A stretch of 64,000 nt of DNA. Source: the human T2T-CHM13v2.0 reference genome, Homo sapiens. Each line of letters starts with the position of its first letter. The first letter of the stretch is position 1. The stretch is from assembly GCF_009914755.1 (NCBI RefSeq), contig NC_060929.1; one strand, 5' to 3'. Shown here piece after piece: positions 42,511-55,030 of this stretch. Under the pieces are notes generated by a model. It had not been told where the DNA came from, searched no databases, and was given only the letters and a program-made list of their open reading frames with translations. A program made the translations under genes and the position numbers.

Positions 42511-43489
42511 CATGCATGTACCTGATCTAGAAATACAAGATACTTACTGCTCACCTATAAGTAGCTCATTATCAACGTGGGGAGTGAGAACTTCTATTCT
42601 TAGAATGTTAAAAGCGACATGATAATTAGATAGCAATGGGATAAAAATAAAGCGCTGTTATAAGGTTGAGTTATTTGCCAAACAAGACGTAAGTGTTTGT
42701 GCTCCGAAGCTGGGCAGATCTTCCTCTGAATGAGTAGAATAGAAAACTTTCATAATAGGATTAGATTTAGTGAAGCCTTGATGGATAGACTTAAAATTAT
42801 TTAATTTTTAGACTGATGATCCAAAGACTGCCATGTACTCATGAAATCTAATTTCCTAATCCACTTATTTCTTATCCTTGGCACACAGCTAGACTATATA
42901 TCTCAGCCACCCTCACAGTTAGGTGGGGCCATGAAGTATTGGTAGAACATCCCGCCATCCCTGTCCTATTTATTAGAAAACCTCTCAGGTGATATTATAC
43001 ATTCTCTGTCTTCCCTAGCCTATGGTCAGTCCTTGCACTCTCGTTCCTGTCCAAATTGACATATGGCTATAAATCTTCATGTGCAACTCTCTTTTCTAAC
43101 TAGACTTGTGGTTTCTGCCATCTCCTGACTTCCTCACCTAATGCCCCTAGGTTATGGCCTGACACAAATTGAACTGGAAGTGATAGCAAAGGATTCAGCC
43201 AAGCCAGTAGGCACTCCACGTGTGGGGCTGAAGCTGGAGATGGGAAGTGAGTTCCACTCTGTACATTTTTCTGGAGTTTGAATCCCTGAACTGGCTGACA
43301 TATAAAGGATGGTCCACACTGGTTCGGCATGTATGATTTGATTGTAGTGAAATATTTGTTCCCTGAGCCAATCAATAGCTGTCCTATGGGAGGAAATCTC
43401 TTTTTCTGCAAATCTTCTTTCTTTCTTTTTTATTTTAAATTTGTTTCTATGTTTTTAATGTAACATTTACATATTAAATGTACACGTTA

Positions 43490-43951
<462 letters not shown>

Positions 43952-44946
43952 TCAGGCAGTTGTAAAGTAAACCTGGTATGTGTGAAGGGAGTAGATTACT
44001 TAGTGGAATAAACCTTAAAGCACAGGCAATTGTGCACCACACAGCCTTTACCTGCCCAGTGTGGGTATTTGGTGATGAGGGCATGAGGAGAATAACAGGA
44101 TTGAATTGAGTTCTACATAACCTGCTCTATTTTAGCCTGTCAACTGTGTATAACTCTTAATTCATTAGCTGTTTTCATATTAATTAGCTCCTGCATATTA
44201 AGTCTTCTTTCCCCCAATCATGACTCAAAGTTTAACCACTCTTCTCAATTTGTGACATTAAGAAGAGTCATATAATGAATTGCATTTTCAATCAACTGTG
44301 CACAGATTGTCTTCAATGACAGGCAAACCCAAGGGCTGTAGTTAAAGCTGCAGAAAAAATCCAAAGACCTTTTGCATATTGCATAAGCACATATGGGATT
44401 CTCTGCTTTAGCATCCTATGAGAATGAGGCTGATCAGATTGTTCTGAAGGAAACAAATTATAGAAAAGCTTTTGCCAGAATCTATTGAAATCATTTTCTG
44501 TTAGCCAGGGACTATTTTTTATTCCAGATTCTTGTAATTAATTCCATATTCAAAGCCTGTTTTCTATAGGCAGAAAGATACACTTCTTTCTCATTTTTAA
44601 AGGGTGACAGGTGGGAAAGTTTCTTAATTTATTTTCTTGGAGAAAACAATATATAGCAAGGCAGCATTACAATCTCTTTTAAGGATTTATTGAACTGTCA
44701 AACTCTGGGGGACTGAAGCTGTACAAGGAAAATGAATAAACAGCAGATTAGCATTTAGACAATATTCTTTTACTGCTTGACTATAGGAAATAATGCTGAA
44801 TAAAATTAATTTGGAATTTGGCAGGAATTTAAATAGTAGAGGTAAAGCATGCAAATAATTGAGTACATCTGAGTCTTGTAGGAACATTTATTGGAGTAAA
44901 TTAAGGAATACCATGATGACAAAGATTCTTTTGGACGCTCTAAATA

Positions 44947-45411
44947 CAGTCATGCATTGTTTAATGATAGGGTTACGTTTTGAGGAAGCTGTAGGACTGG
45001 AAGTTGCTCTGGGTGAGTCAGTGAGTGAGTGTGAAGGCCTAGGACATTACTGTCCACTACTGTAGACTTTATAAACACTTTACACTTAGGCGAGACTAAA
45101 TTCGTTAAAAAGTGTTTTTCTTTCTTCAATGATAAATTAACCTTAGCTTACTGGAAACTTTTTACTTTATAAACTTAACATTTAAAAAACTATTTGACCC
45201 TTTTGTAATAACCTTTATGTACCACACATAGTTGTATGTGCTACATTTTTATATGACTGGCAGTTCAGCAGGTTTGTTTACACCAGCATCACCACATGGC
45301 TATGACATCACTAAGCTATACTAGTTTTTCAGCACCATTGTAATTTTATGGGACCGCTATTTTATATGCAGTTTGTCATTGACCAAAATGTCATTATGTG
45401 GCATATGACTG
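44947..45411 (+). mobile_element. Internally deleted Tigger3 (Golem) element
   Basis: Terminal inverted repeats cagtcatg...atgactg, preceded by TA. Internal gtaggactggaagttgctctgggtgagtcagtgagtgagtg. Confidence 0.85.
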
Positions 45412-46416
45412 TTGAAAACAATAAGAAAGTAATGAAGTTTATATCTATCCAATACTTCTCTGGAATTAAAGAAAAGAAAAAGCCCTTTTTTTTAGCATCA
45501 GGTTTTTTTTATCACTAGCAAAATTGAGGACTAAAACCCATTGTTGGTAGTAACCATTGAAACCATAATTTGTTGGTGAGTTGTCTAGGCCAGAAGTATA
45601 ATGATTTCAAACCCTATGTGCCCAGTTTCTGTCAAGAATAAATAAAGAATGTCCATGTTCTAGTTATTTGGAGTCTTTGGATTGCATTAGATGAGGAAAG
45701 GACACATCATTTTTAATAGAAAGTTTTTTTTAAGAGAAGGACCCACTCACCCAATTTAATTACTGTAGTTTATTGAGCATAAAGGGTGGACATTTCAGTT
45801 ATTCTCCTTACTTTCATTTTATATCCAGTTAGAACTAGGTAGCCTATTTAAAAGTATATGTTCAAAAAAATACTTATATTTAATGGAGAAACTTAAAAAT
45901 AGCCTCAATTTGAAAGCCGTTTATTTTACTGCTGAAGGCTCCAAACTGTGGCATGACTTCATTAGATTACACAACTAAACAGAATTAGTTCATTGCATTC
46001 ATTCTTCTTATTCTATGATATCACCTTTTGGGGCATTGTTGGGCCATCTCCATTATGTGTCTTGAAATGCCTGAGTCTATTATCATTTTCAGTCAAGAAA
46101 ATAGTGGTTCACTCTTTTCATCCCAGCACACTTTATCTAGTAGAAGAATTTGGAAAGAAATGAAGTGACCTCTGCTTAATATGGTTGGGAACAACTTAAA
46201 GACCAAAGAACTGGTGTGGGGACAGTCCATCTATAAGAGGACACTAATAGGGACCAAACCACTGCCCAGAGGGTTGTTTAGATGCAATATCATATTCTAA
46301 ATGGCAGTACCCCACCTTTGCATTTCTTTCTCTTCACTCTTATTAGTTTATCTGAGTGGACATCTTGATAAGTCTATTTTTGCTATGCCTTTTAAAATAA
46401 AGGATATCCTTTCTTT

Positions 46417-46473
46417 GAAGAAAGAGGAAGAAAAGGAAGAAGAAGGAGAAGAAGGAGAAAAGAAGAAGAAGAT

Positions 46474-46506
<33 letters not shown>

Positions 46507-46556
46507 AGGAGGAGGAGGAGGAAAAGGAGGAGAAAGAAGAAGAGGAAGAAAAAAAT
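46417..46556. repeat. Polypurine (GAA/GGA)n low-complexity tract, ~140 bp
   Basis: Nearly pure A/G on the + strand. Confidence 0.95.
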
Positions 46557-47455
46557 AGATTAAAAAAAGAGTAGGTTTGGGATTACAGGAATCTGGGCAT
46601 CAATTGTGGGTGTGATTAATGAGGGCCATACTGTTTTACCTGACAACAGTGACCCCAACTGGTTGAGTGGAAAATTGCTTAAGAAGACATGCTTGGCCTT
46701 CTCACAGATACTGCGCAGTCTTACAGTCCTAAGTAAGGAATGAAAACACAGAGAATCACCATGCCTGAGAGTAGTGAGAGGTGATGGACAGGAGGCGTTT
46801 TTTTTCTTCCCTTTGCCTCCTTCTTACCTCCTTCCCTTGCCAACTCTCGCTCCTCCCTTCCCTTTTCTAACTTTCCTTTCTGCTCCTGTTCCACTTCTGT
46901 TCACTAACCCAAATGGCTATTTTGTGACACAGACTTGATTTACTATAAATATTTAGTACAAAAATGAATTATGGAGGAAAAAAAAGAGACCCTCCAAATC
47001 CATTAATCTCATGACCTAATCCGATATTACAGTCTATGTCCCTTGAGTGCAATTGCATTATTTAAGCATAATAGTGATTTGAATTTATAGATTTCCTAAA
47101 GCCACGAGTAGAATTGAAGACCTATCACGTTAGTGTAGATCTCTCAGCATAAAAATTCATTTGAGGCAGTACATTTCAATGCCCAGTGGTTTTTCCTGAG
47201 TATGTTTAAACATGAGGTAACCATATATCTCTTGCTTGTACATCGGATTATTTAAATGCTGAGTGCAAAATTGGAAACATATTTGATTTCCTTAAGTCTA
47301 TTCAGCAGCATAAAACTATTATAAAAACATTTGTAAGGCTAACAGACTTTTTCCTCCATAATCCCAAAGAAACTGTTGTTCAAATGTGTATTGCCAGTAG
47401 GTGCTGGCTAGGCCTCAGAGGATTTATAATGAATGATCTAAAGGTTCCCCCTCCT

Positions 47456-47849
<394 letters not shown>

Positions 47850-48334
47850 TCATTCCAGTTCCGTGTAGCCATTGAACATTGTGTCTTTGTCTCTCTGGCA
47901 TCTAAGACCACTTATATCTTAGGAGAATCCCTAATTAGATGTTATCTTGATGGGGTCAGTGTCCACTTCTCAATATGAAAATGCAAAGGGCTAGGTCCTC
48001 TTTTTCTCTGATCCTGATAATACTGCCTAGACATAACCCAGCCTGAGTTGATTGGATGCTCCTGCCGAGGATTTTAAATCTTGAATGAGTAAACAAAAGA
48101 AAGGATGATAGCGTTTCCTTCACAGAAGTGGCAGTGATGTTGAAAATCCTGTGGTGGAAATATCCTGGCAGGTTAATACTGCTAAAAATGTTTGTGTGCT
48201 TCTGGCTTCTTGGTTTTTCAGATATATATTTTCTAAGCCTGATCCTTAAGTTTTCATCAATGCTGAGAGTCCTCAATATTTTTCCAATAATTTTATTTTT
48301 GGTTGACAGAGCTAGATTTAGTATCAGTGGTAAA

Positions 48335-48870
48335 TAGGAATACTGGCCTCTATTCTTAACCTCCCCTTACATCCAAACCTTTTGCCTTGTGGCTTTGCAG
48401 TCCTTCCCACAGTTGCAATGTGTTCTTCCTCGTACCTTGACTTTGGGCTTAGCCATAACTTGCTTTGTCTAATGGAATGTGAGTGGAAGTGGGAGTGTGT
48501 CAGTTTTTAGTTTAGACCTTAGAAGGCATTGCATTTCTGCCTGCCTTCTCATGCTTTTGCTGTTACCTCCTTGATACCTTCTGTTCCTTTATCCTGCACC
48601 CTAGAATGAATACCTATTGAATTGCTCAAACTTCAGTGAGTATCAAAGTCCAGCTGGAACCACAACTTGAATCAGCACCATTTGCCAAGCCCAGTCTAGA
48701 CTAGTTGGCTGTCAAAAGAATCAATGATGTGTGAGTTCAGTTGAGTTTAGCAGAACCAAACCTCTCATGCTAACCTGTAGATTCCTGAGACATACATGAC
48801 TTTGTTTTATGCTACTGAGATTTCATGTCTATGTTTTGCAGCATTACTGTGGGAACAGCTAACTGATATG
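48335..48870 (+). mobile_element. MLT1G/H-like LTR
   Basis: ccttgactttgggcttagccataacttgctttg...aatggaatg, ending cagctaactgata. Confidence 0.7.
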
Positions 48871-49149
48871 TATCTGTTATACGCAATTTAAAGTATTTCA
48901 GCAGACGTTGATAATATGAAGTGTGTGTGTGATCCTATCTTTAGCTCACTGGGACTAAGTGCTGCATAGCTTTAGCAATTATGTTTTCCTATTCTTTTTC
49001 CTGTTGATGGTTGGAATGAGCATGTAACTTAGTTTTTTCCACCAATGAGATGTGTGGCGAGGCTTTCTGTGTGTGTGTGTGCGTGTGTGCATGTGTAAAA
49101 CTTTTTTTTCCTTTCCTGATAAGAGGGGATACATTGGAAGAGAATTTCT

Positions 49150-49390
49150 CTGTTCTGTTCTTTCAGTCTTCATGTCTGAAGCTGAGGCAGTTGTCCATGT
49201 CCATTCAATAAATTAGTCTGAAGCTTTAGACAACACCTGAGTATAGCAGAGATGGAATGATCCTGAGTGCATTATGCCAATAAACCACTCAATTACCTCT
49301 AAGCTTTGTGTTATATGAGAGAATACACTTTCTTTATTTTTAAGCTGCTTGAGTTGGGTTTTCTTTACTTGCTGCTGAAAGTATCCTGAC
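49150..49390 (+). mobile_element. MLT1J-like LTR 3' fragment
   Basis: tttaagctgcttgagttgggttttctttacttgctgctgaaagtatcctgac. Confidence 0.6.
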
Positions 49391-49615
49391 AGGTAAGTGT
49401 GTAGTGTGTATGCATGTGGGAATGCAAGGAGGATTAAATACAGTAGAAGTCGGAGTGAAAGGAAGGAAATAGTTAAGGTCATCCCTCATGAAATGGAAGG
49501 GATATGGCAGCATACGTTAGGTGGTATGTAAGCTGAGAACAGGTGGAAAACAGCCCACATCTACCTGGATTTTCCTCTGTACCTCCTGCCATACGTTTAT
49601 TTGCCCTGCATGGAT

Positions 49616-50056
49616 TGTTAAAAAGTAAAGGGAGGCACAGTAAAATTTTAAAGAGTTTATTTGAGCAAACAGTGATTCATGAATCAAGAGTAGCAGTTTC
49701 AAACCAGAAGTGGTTCAGGAGATCCACAGAGAGAATACAAGTGGGAGGCATTTATAGGACAAACTCAAAAGTAATGCAAAGAAAATATTTGATTGGTTGC
49801 AGTCATACAGTTGCCTTATTTGGTGTATCCCATTGGAAAATGCCTAGTTACATAAGTATATGTTTGTTGGTTGCTTCTGACTTGTCGAGCTTAAATTCTG
49901 TTTTTCTTTAACTTAGGCATTTACAAGAAATAGTTCAAGTTAAGTTTCACTTACGTTTGCAAAGCAAGCAAGGTTAAGGTTCCTTATGAGGGCCTAACTG
50001 GCTTTGTCTGTTCAGGGATTCTTTAGGCTTGGTCTCCATTTTAAAGTGCTTTAATA
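49616..50056 (-). mobile_element. ERV1 solo LTR (MER57/LTR56-like; family uncertain)
   Basis: tgttaaa...tttaata termini and a 4-bp TSD ggat/gaat. Reverse-strand AATAAA (tttatt, ~49656) and CCAAT (gattgg, ~49791). Confidence 0.7.
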
Positions 50057-50220
50057 GAATTAGCAGCAAATGATGGGAAATGTACCACCATTGTTGACCC
50101 TTTTTGCAGAGTCCACATCTAGAACACCATGACCCATATAATACTTGCCCTGCCTCTCACTTTTGGAAAGAAGTAAATGTCTAGTAGGTCAGGTTGGCTC
50201 CATATCTCATCTGAAATTGA

Positions 50221-51195
<975 letters not shown>

Positions 51196-51689
51196 TGGGA
51201 TACTAATGAATAAATGATTTGTCCTGATTTCAAAAGTGGATGCTTGGTAGGCTAAATAATGAAATCCCAGGCTTGTGGCTTTCTTGAGGAACTTACATTG
51301 GAATCAAACTACTCTGTAGAGCAGCCCTATCAATTTCTGAAACACCAGGTGTCTGGGCGGAGCCTTTGGTCTATCTTAAAAAACATCATTCAAAGGCACA
51401 ATGTCCTTTAGTGAAGTCCAACTCTGCCTCAAACTAATTTCATTCAGATTCAGATCAGCTGGGATTAGCAGCTGATGCTTAGCAAGCAAATAAATTAGGT
51501 GTCAGCTCTATTAGTACTGGTTCTTCTGAAAGTGAGAGGACTTATTATAACTACCAATTGTATATAGCTATAAAAGAGCTCTCTAACGTTAAGAAGTATA
51601 CTGAATTATATAAAAATTGGGGGTTTCCTTCTCACCTTTTGCCAGCTTTCTGAGTATGGAAAAATAAGGGTTTTCAATGCAGTCCTGCA

Positions 51690-52822
51690 GTCCTTAGTCC
51701 TCTCTCTTCTTCATAATTGTCACTGCTGGAGTTGTTTCCTCCAACCAAACCAAATATTATCTATATACTGATATTGCTAATTTTTAGTCCAAATCCCATA
51801 CCAAGTGCTGGACTTGCACAGCCAACTTCCTATTCAACATCTATCCCCTTGTGAATGACTACTGGGAATCCCAAATTTTATTCAAAGCCAAATTCTTAAT
51901 TATTTCTCTATACTTGTTTCTCTATTTTCTTTCTTAGTACCTGAAATTCCATTTTTTTCCAGTTGATCAGGCAAAAGTTTTGGAGTCATCCTTGCACCTC
52001 TTTTTCTCTCATTCTTCACATGCAATAATCCATCTACAATGTTTTAAAGAATTCTCCCTGCAAAGTCTCTCTCAAGTCAAATTATTTTTCACTACTTCTA
52101 CCACTACTATGCTGGTCCAAGGTATCCTCATCTTTTGCCTAGAAGTGCAACAGTATCTTAATGTATCTCTTTTCTCTAACTCGGTCTTTAAAACTAATTT
52201 TCCATATAGCATTTTAAAATGGGAGGCAGATGACAGTTTTCTTTTTCAAAATCTTCTGATGGCTTCATATATCTACAACTGTTATTTTGGCCTGTGATGC
52301 CTAACATGATCTATTCCCCATTCCTCTTCCACTCTCATTATCTCTCTGCCCTTATCTCTTACTCTCTCCCATATGCACTCCGCTTCACTCCACTCCACTT
52401 CACTCTCAAACTGGCCTCCTTGCTATTCTTTGCACACTAAGCATACTCATTCACCCTCAGGGCCTTTGTGTTGCCTGTCCCCACTGTCTAGAACTTCCTC
52501 ACTACCCCTCATACTGCTTGATTTGCTTTCTTCCTTCTTTTATATCTCAGCTTAAATATCTTTCTAATAAAGAGGAATTTTCTTCCCTCCATATATAAAG
52601 AGTATTTTATTCAACCTCATGAATTCCCCTTACTCTATTCTTTTTCCTTCAAAATATTTATTATTACTTGATGTCCATTTCCTCATTTTATTGTGACAAC
52701 CGTAATAGAATGAAAAGCTTCATCATGACAGCACCATTTGCAGTTTTGGTCTTTGCTGTATTGAGAAATATTAGAACCAATCATGGAAGATAGTAGGTAC
52801 TCAATAAATGTGGTTTGAATGG
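51690..52822 (+). mobile_element. L2 LINE 3' region
   Basis: ggagtcatccttg; ctggcctccttgctattc...ctcagggcctttg; terminal tagtaggtactcaataaatgtggtttgaatg. Confidence 0.8.
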
Positions 52823-53503
52823 AATTAGATTACATTTATTCATGACATTTCCTAAAATTTCATGTTCATATATCAAGACTGTCCTCTGAATAGCAAAACC
52901 AAAGTAAAGTACCACTGTGCCAAATATTTAAGGAGCAAAGTTACAGAATAAAAGGGGATCTTTAATATGTTCACTATTTCTTAAATTATCAACCTGAATT
53001 CAATATATCTAGGATTGATGAGCAAAATTATGAATTTAAATGATCATAAGATGTAACAGTATGTTTAATTTAAAAGACATTGTAGAAAGCAGACTTGTAA
53101 AAATCTTAAAAAAGTAGACTTTTTTCTAAAAAACAGACAAAAAAATGCCAGCACAGTGATAATTCAGGAAGTTTTATTTAATAGCAGCTGGTGTCTCTCT
53201 GATATATTAGAAAATACAATTAATTTTTTACACAATATTATACCAAAGCATATTTTGCTTTCATATTCTTGGAAGAAAATCCACTAGCTTAGGGCTACCA
53301 ACCTGGCAGGACAAGTCAGTTATCAGACAGAGTAATCCAACACACCAAACAACTTCTATGCATAAATGGCACAATGATATAAACGGTGGCTGTGTAAAGT
53401 AAATTTGTTTGTGGAATTAAGGGGGTAGTATAACCACCCTAAGAGTGGTAGTGCTAGGGAACCAGAATAAAATCAAAGAAAGGAACAAGAAAAAGAGGGG
53501 GAT

Positions 53504-54478
53504 TTCCTCTTCCGCTCTCATTACCTCTCTGCCTTTATCTTTTACTCTCTCCCATATCCACTCCACTTTACTCCACTCCACTTCACTGTCACACTGGCCT
53601 CCTTGCTATTCTTCGCACACCAAGCATACTCATTCACCCTTCAGGGACTTTGTATTGCCTGCGCCTGAGAGACAGGACTAGCTGGATTTTCTAGGCTGAC
53701 TAAGAATCCCTAAGCCTAGCTGGGAAGGTGACCACATCCACCTTTAAACATGGGGCTTGCAACTTAGCTCACACCCGACCAATCAGGTGGTAAAGAGAGC
53801 TCACTAAAAAGCTGATTAGGCAAAAACAGGAAGTAAAGAAATAGCCAATCATCTATTGACTAACAGTTTAGCTGGAGGGACAATGATCGGGATATAAACC
53901 CAGGCAATCGAGCCGGCATCGGGTACACTCTTTTGGTCGCCTCCGTTTGTATGGGAGCTCTGTTTTCACTCTACTAAATCTTGCAACTGCACGCTCTTCT
54001 GGTCTGTGTTTGTCACGGCTGGAGCTGAGCTTTCGCTCGCCATCTGCCACTGCTGTTTGCCACCCTCACAGACCCGCCACCGACTTCCATCCCTCCAGAT
54101 CCGGCAGGGTGTCCGCTGTGCTTCTGATCCAGCAAGGCGCCCATTGCTGCTCCCGATCGGGCTAGAGGCTTGCCATTGTTCCTGCATGGCTAAGTGCCCG
54201 GGTTCATCCTAATTGAGCTGAACACTCGTCACTAGGTTCCACGGTTCTCTTCCGTGACCCACGGCTTCTAATAGAGCTATAACACTCACTGCATGGCCCA
54301 AGATTCCATTCCTTTGAATCCCTGAGGCCAAGAATCCCAGGTCAGAGAACACAAGGCTTGCCACCATTTTGGAAGCAGCCCGCTGCCATCTTGGAAGCAG
54401 CCCACCACCATCTTGGAAGCAGCCCACCACCGTCTGGGGAGCTCTGGGAGCAAGGACCCTCCGGTAACATCCCCACTG
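53504..54478 (+). repeat. Second copy (~166 bp, split by LTR17) of segment 52321-52486
   Basis: 53504-53665 plus 54470-54478 align to 52321-52486 at about 91% identity by manual count. Confidence 0.92.
53666..54469 (+). mobile_element. LTR17 (HERV-W) solo LTR
   Basis: tgagagacaggactagctggatt...ccggtaaca, with CCAAT boxes (~53779, ~53845), a TATA-like gatataaa (~53891) and U5 ccatcttggaagcagc repeats. Confidence 0.93.
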
Positions 54479-55030
54479 GGGATGTAAATATATAAATTTA
54501 TATATATATAAATAAATATATAAATTTAAATATGCTTTTTTGAGGACTTCTTGGGCTGTTACATATCTAATTTTTTTGTCAGAATAATGAAATATTGTTA
54601 GAAATTCTTCATTTTGTCCAGCCTACCAGTTGATAGAGCTGTGAGAATTGGTTCTTAGATTGAGAGATGGTAGAGTTTATGCCCCTCTTATGTTGATGAA
54701 TTCAATTATGCTGCTGTCAACTTCTCAGTTACTGGTTTTTTTACCTCAGCCATAATATAGGTCATGTCTACACAGATAAACAAGTTTGAGAGATCGATCA
54801 GTCACCACAGCAATTAAGTAAAATAATTTAAAGCTGGAACTAGTTTGGAATTTTGGCCTGATGTATCCAGCAATTCAACAGATACTTAACTGGTTTGTTT
54901 ATGTGGATACAACCATAGCAGCAGGCACTTTTTCTGCATGATCCTGTGCTACTAGTGACTTCAGTAACTAAGATAAATGGGCCCAAAGAAGAATGAACAA
55001 TGAAGAACTTTAAAACTGCTTTTAAGAATC

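Noticed and set aside
46301-46558. ORF with poly-E/K/G tail
   Set aside because: This is just the translation of the GAA/GGA low-complexity tract.
54361-54432. 22-bp periodic repeats that could suggest a CRISPR-like array
   Set aside because: They are tandem units without unique spacers, inside a HERV-W LTR U5 in eukaryotic DNA.
54485-54532. AT-rich quasi-palindrome next to LTR17
   Set aside because: Low-complexity TA sequence is self-complementary by composition, and it is too short to be a PATRR-like element.
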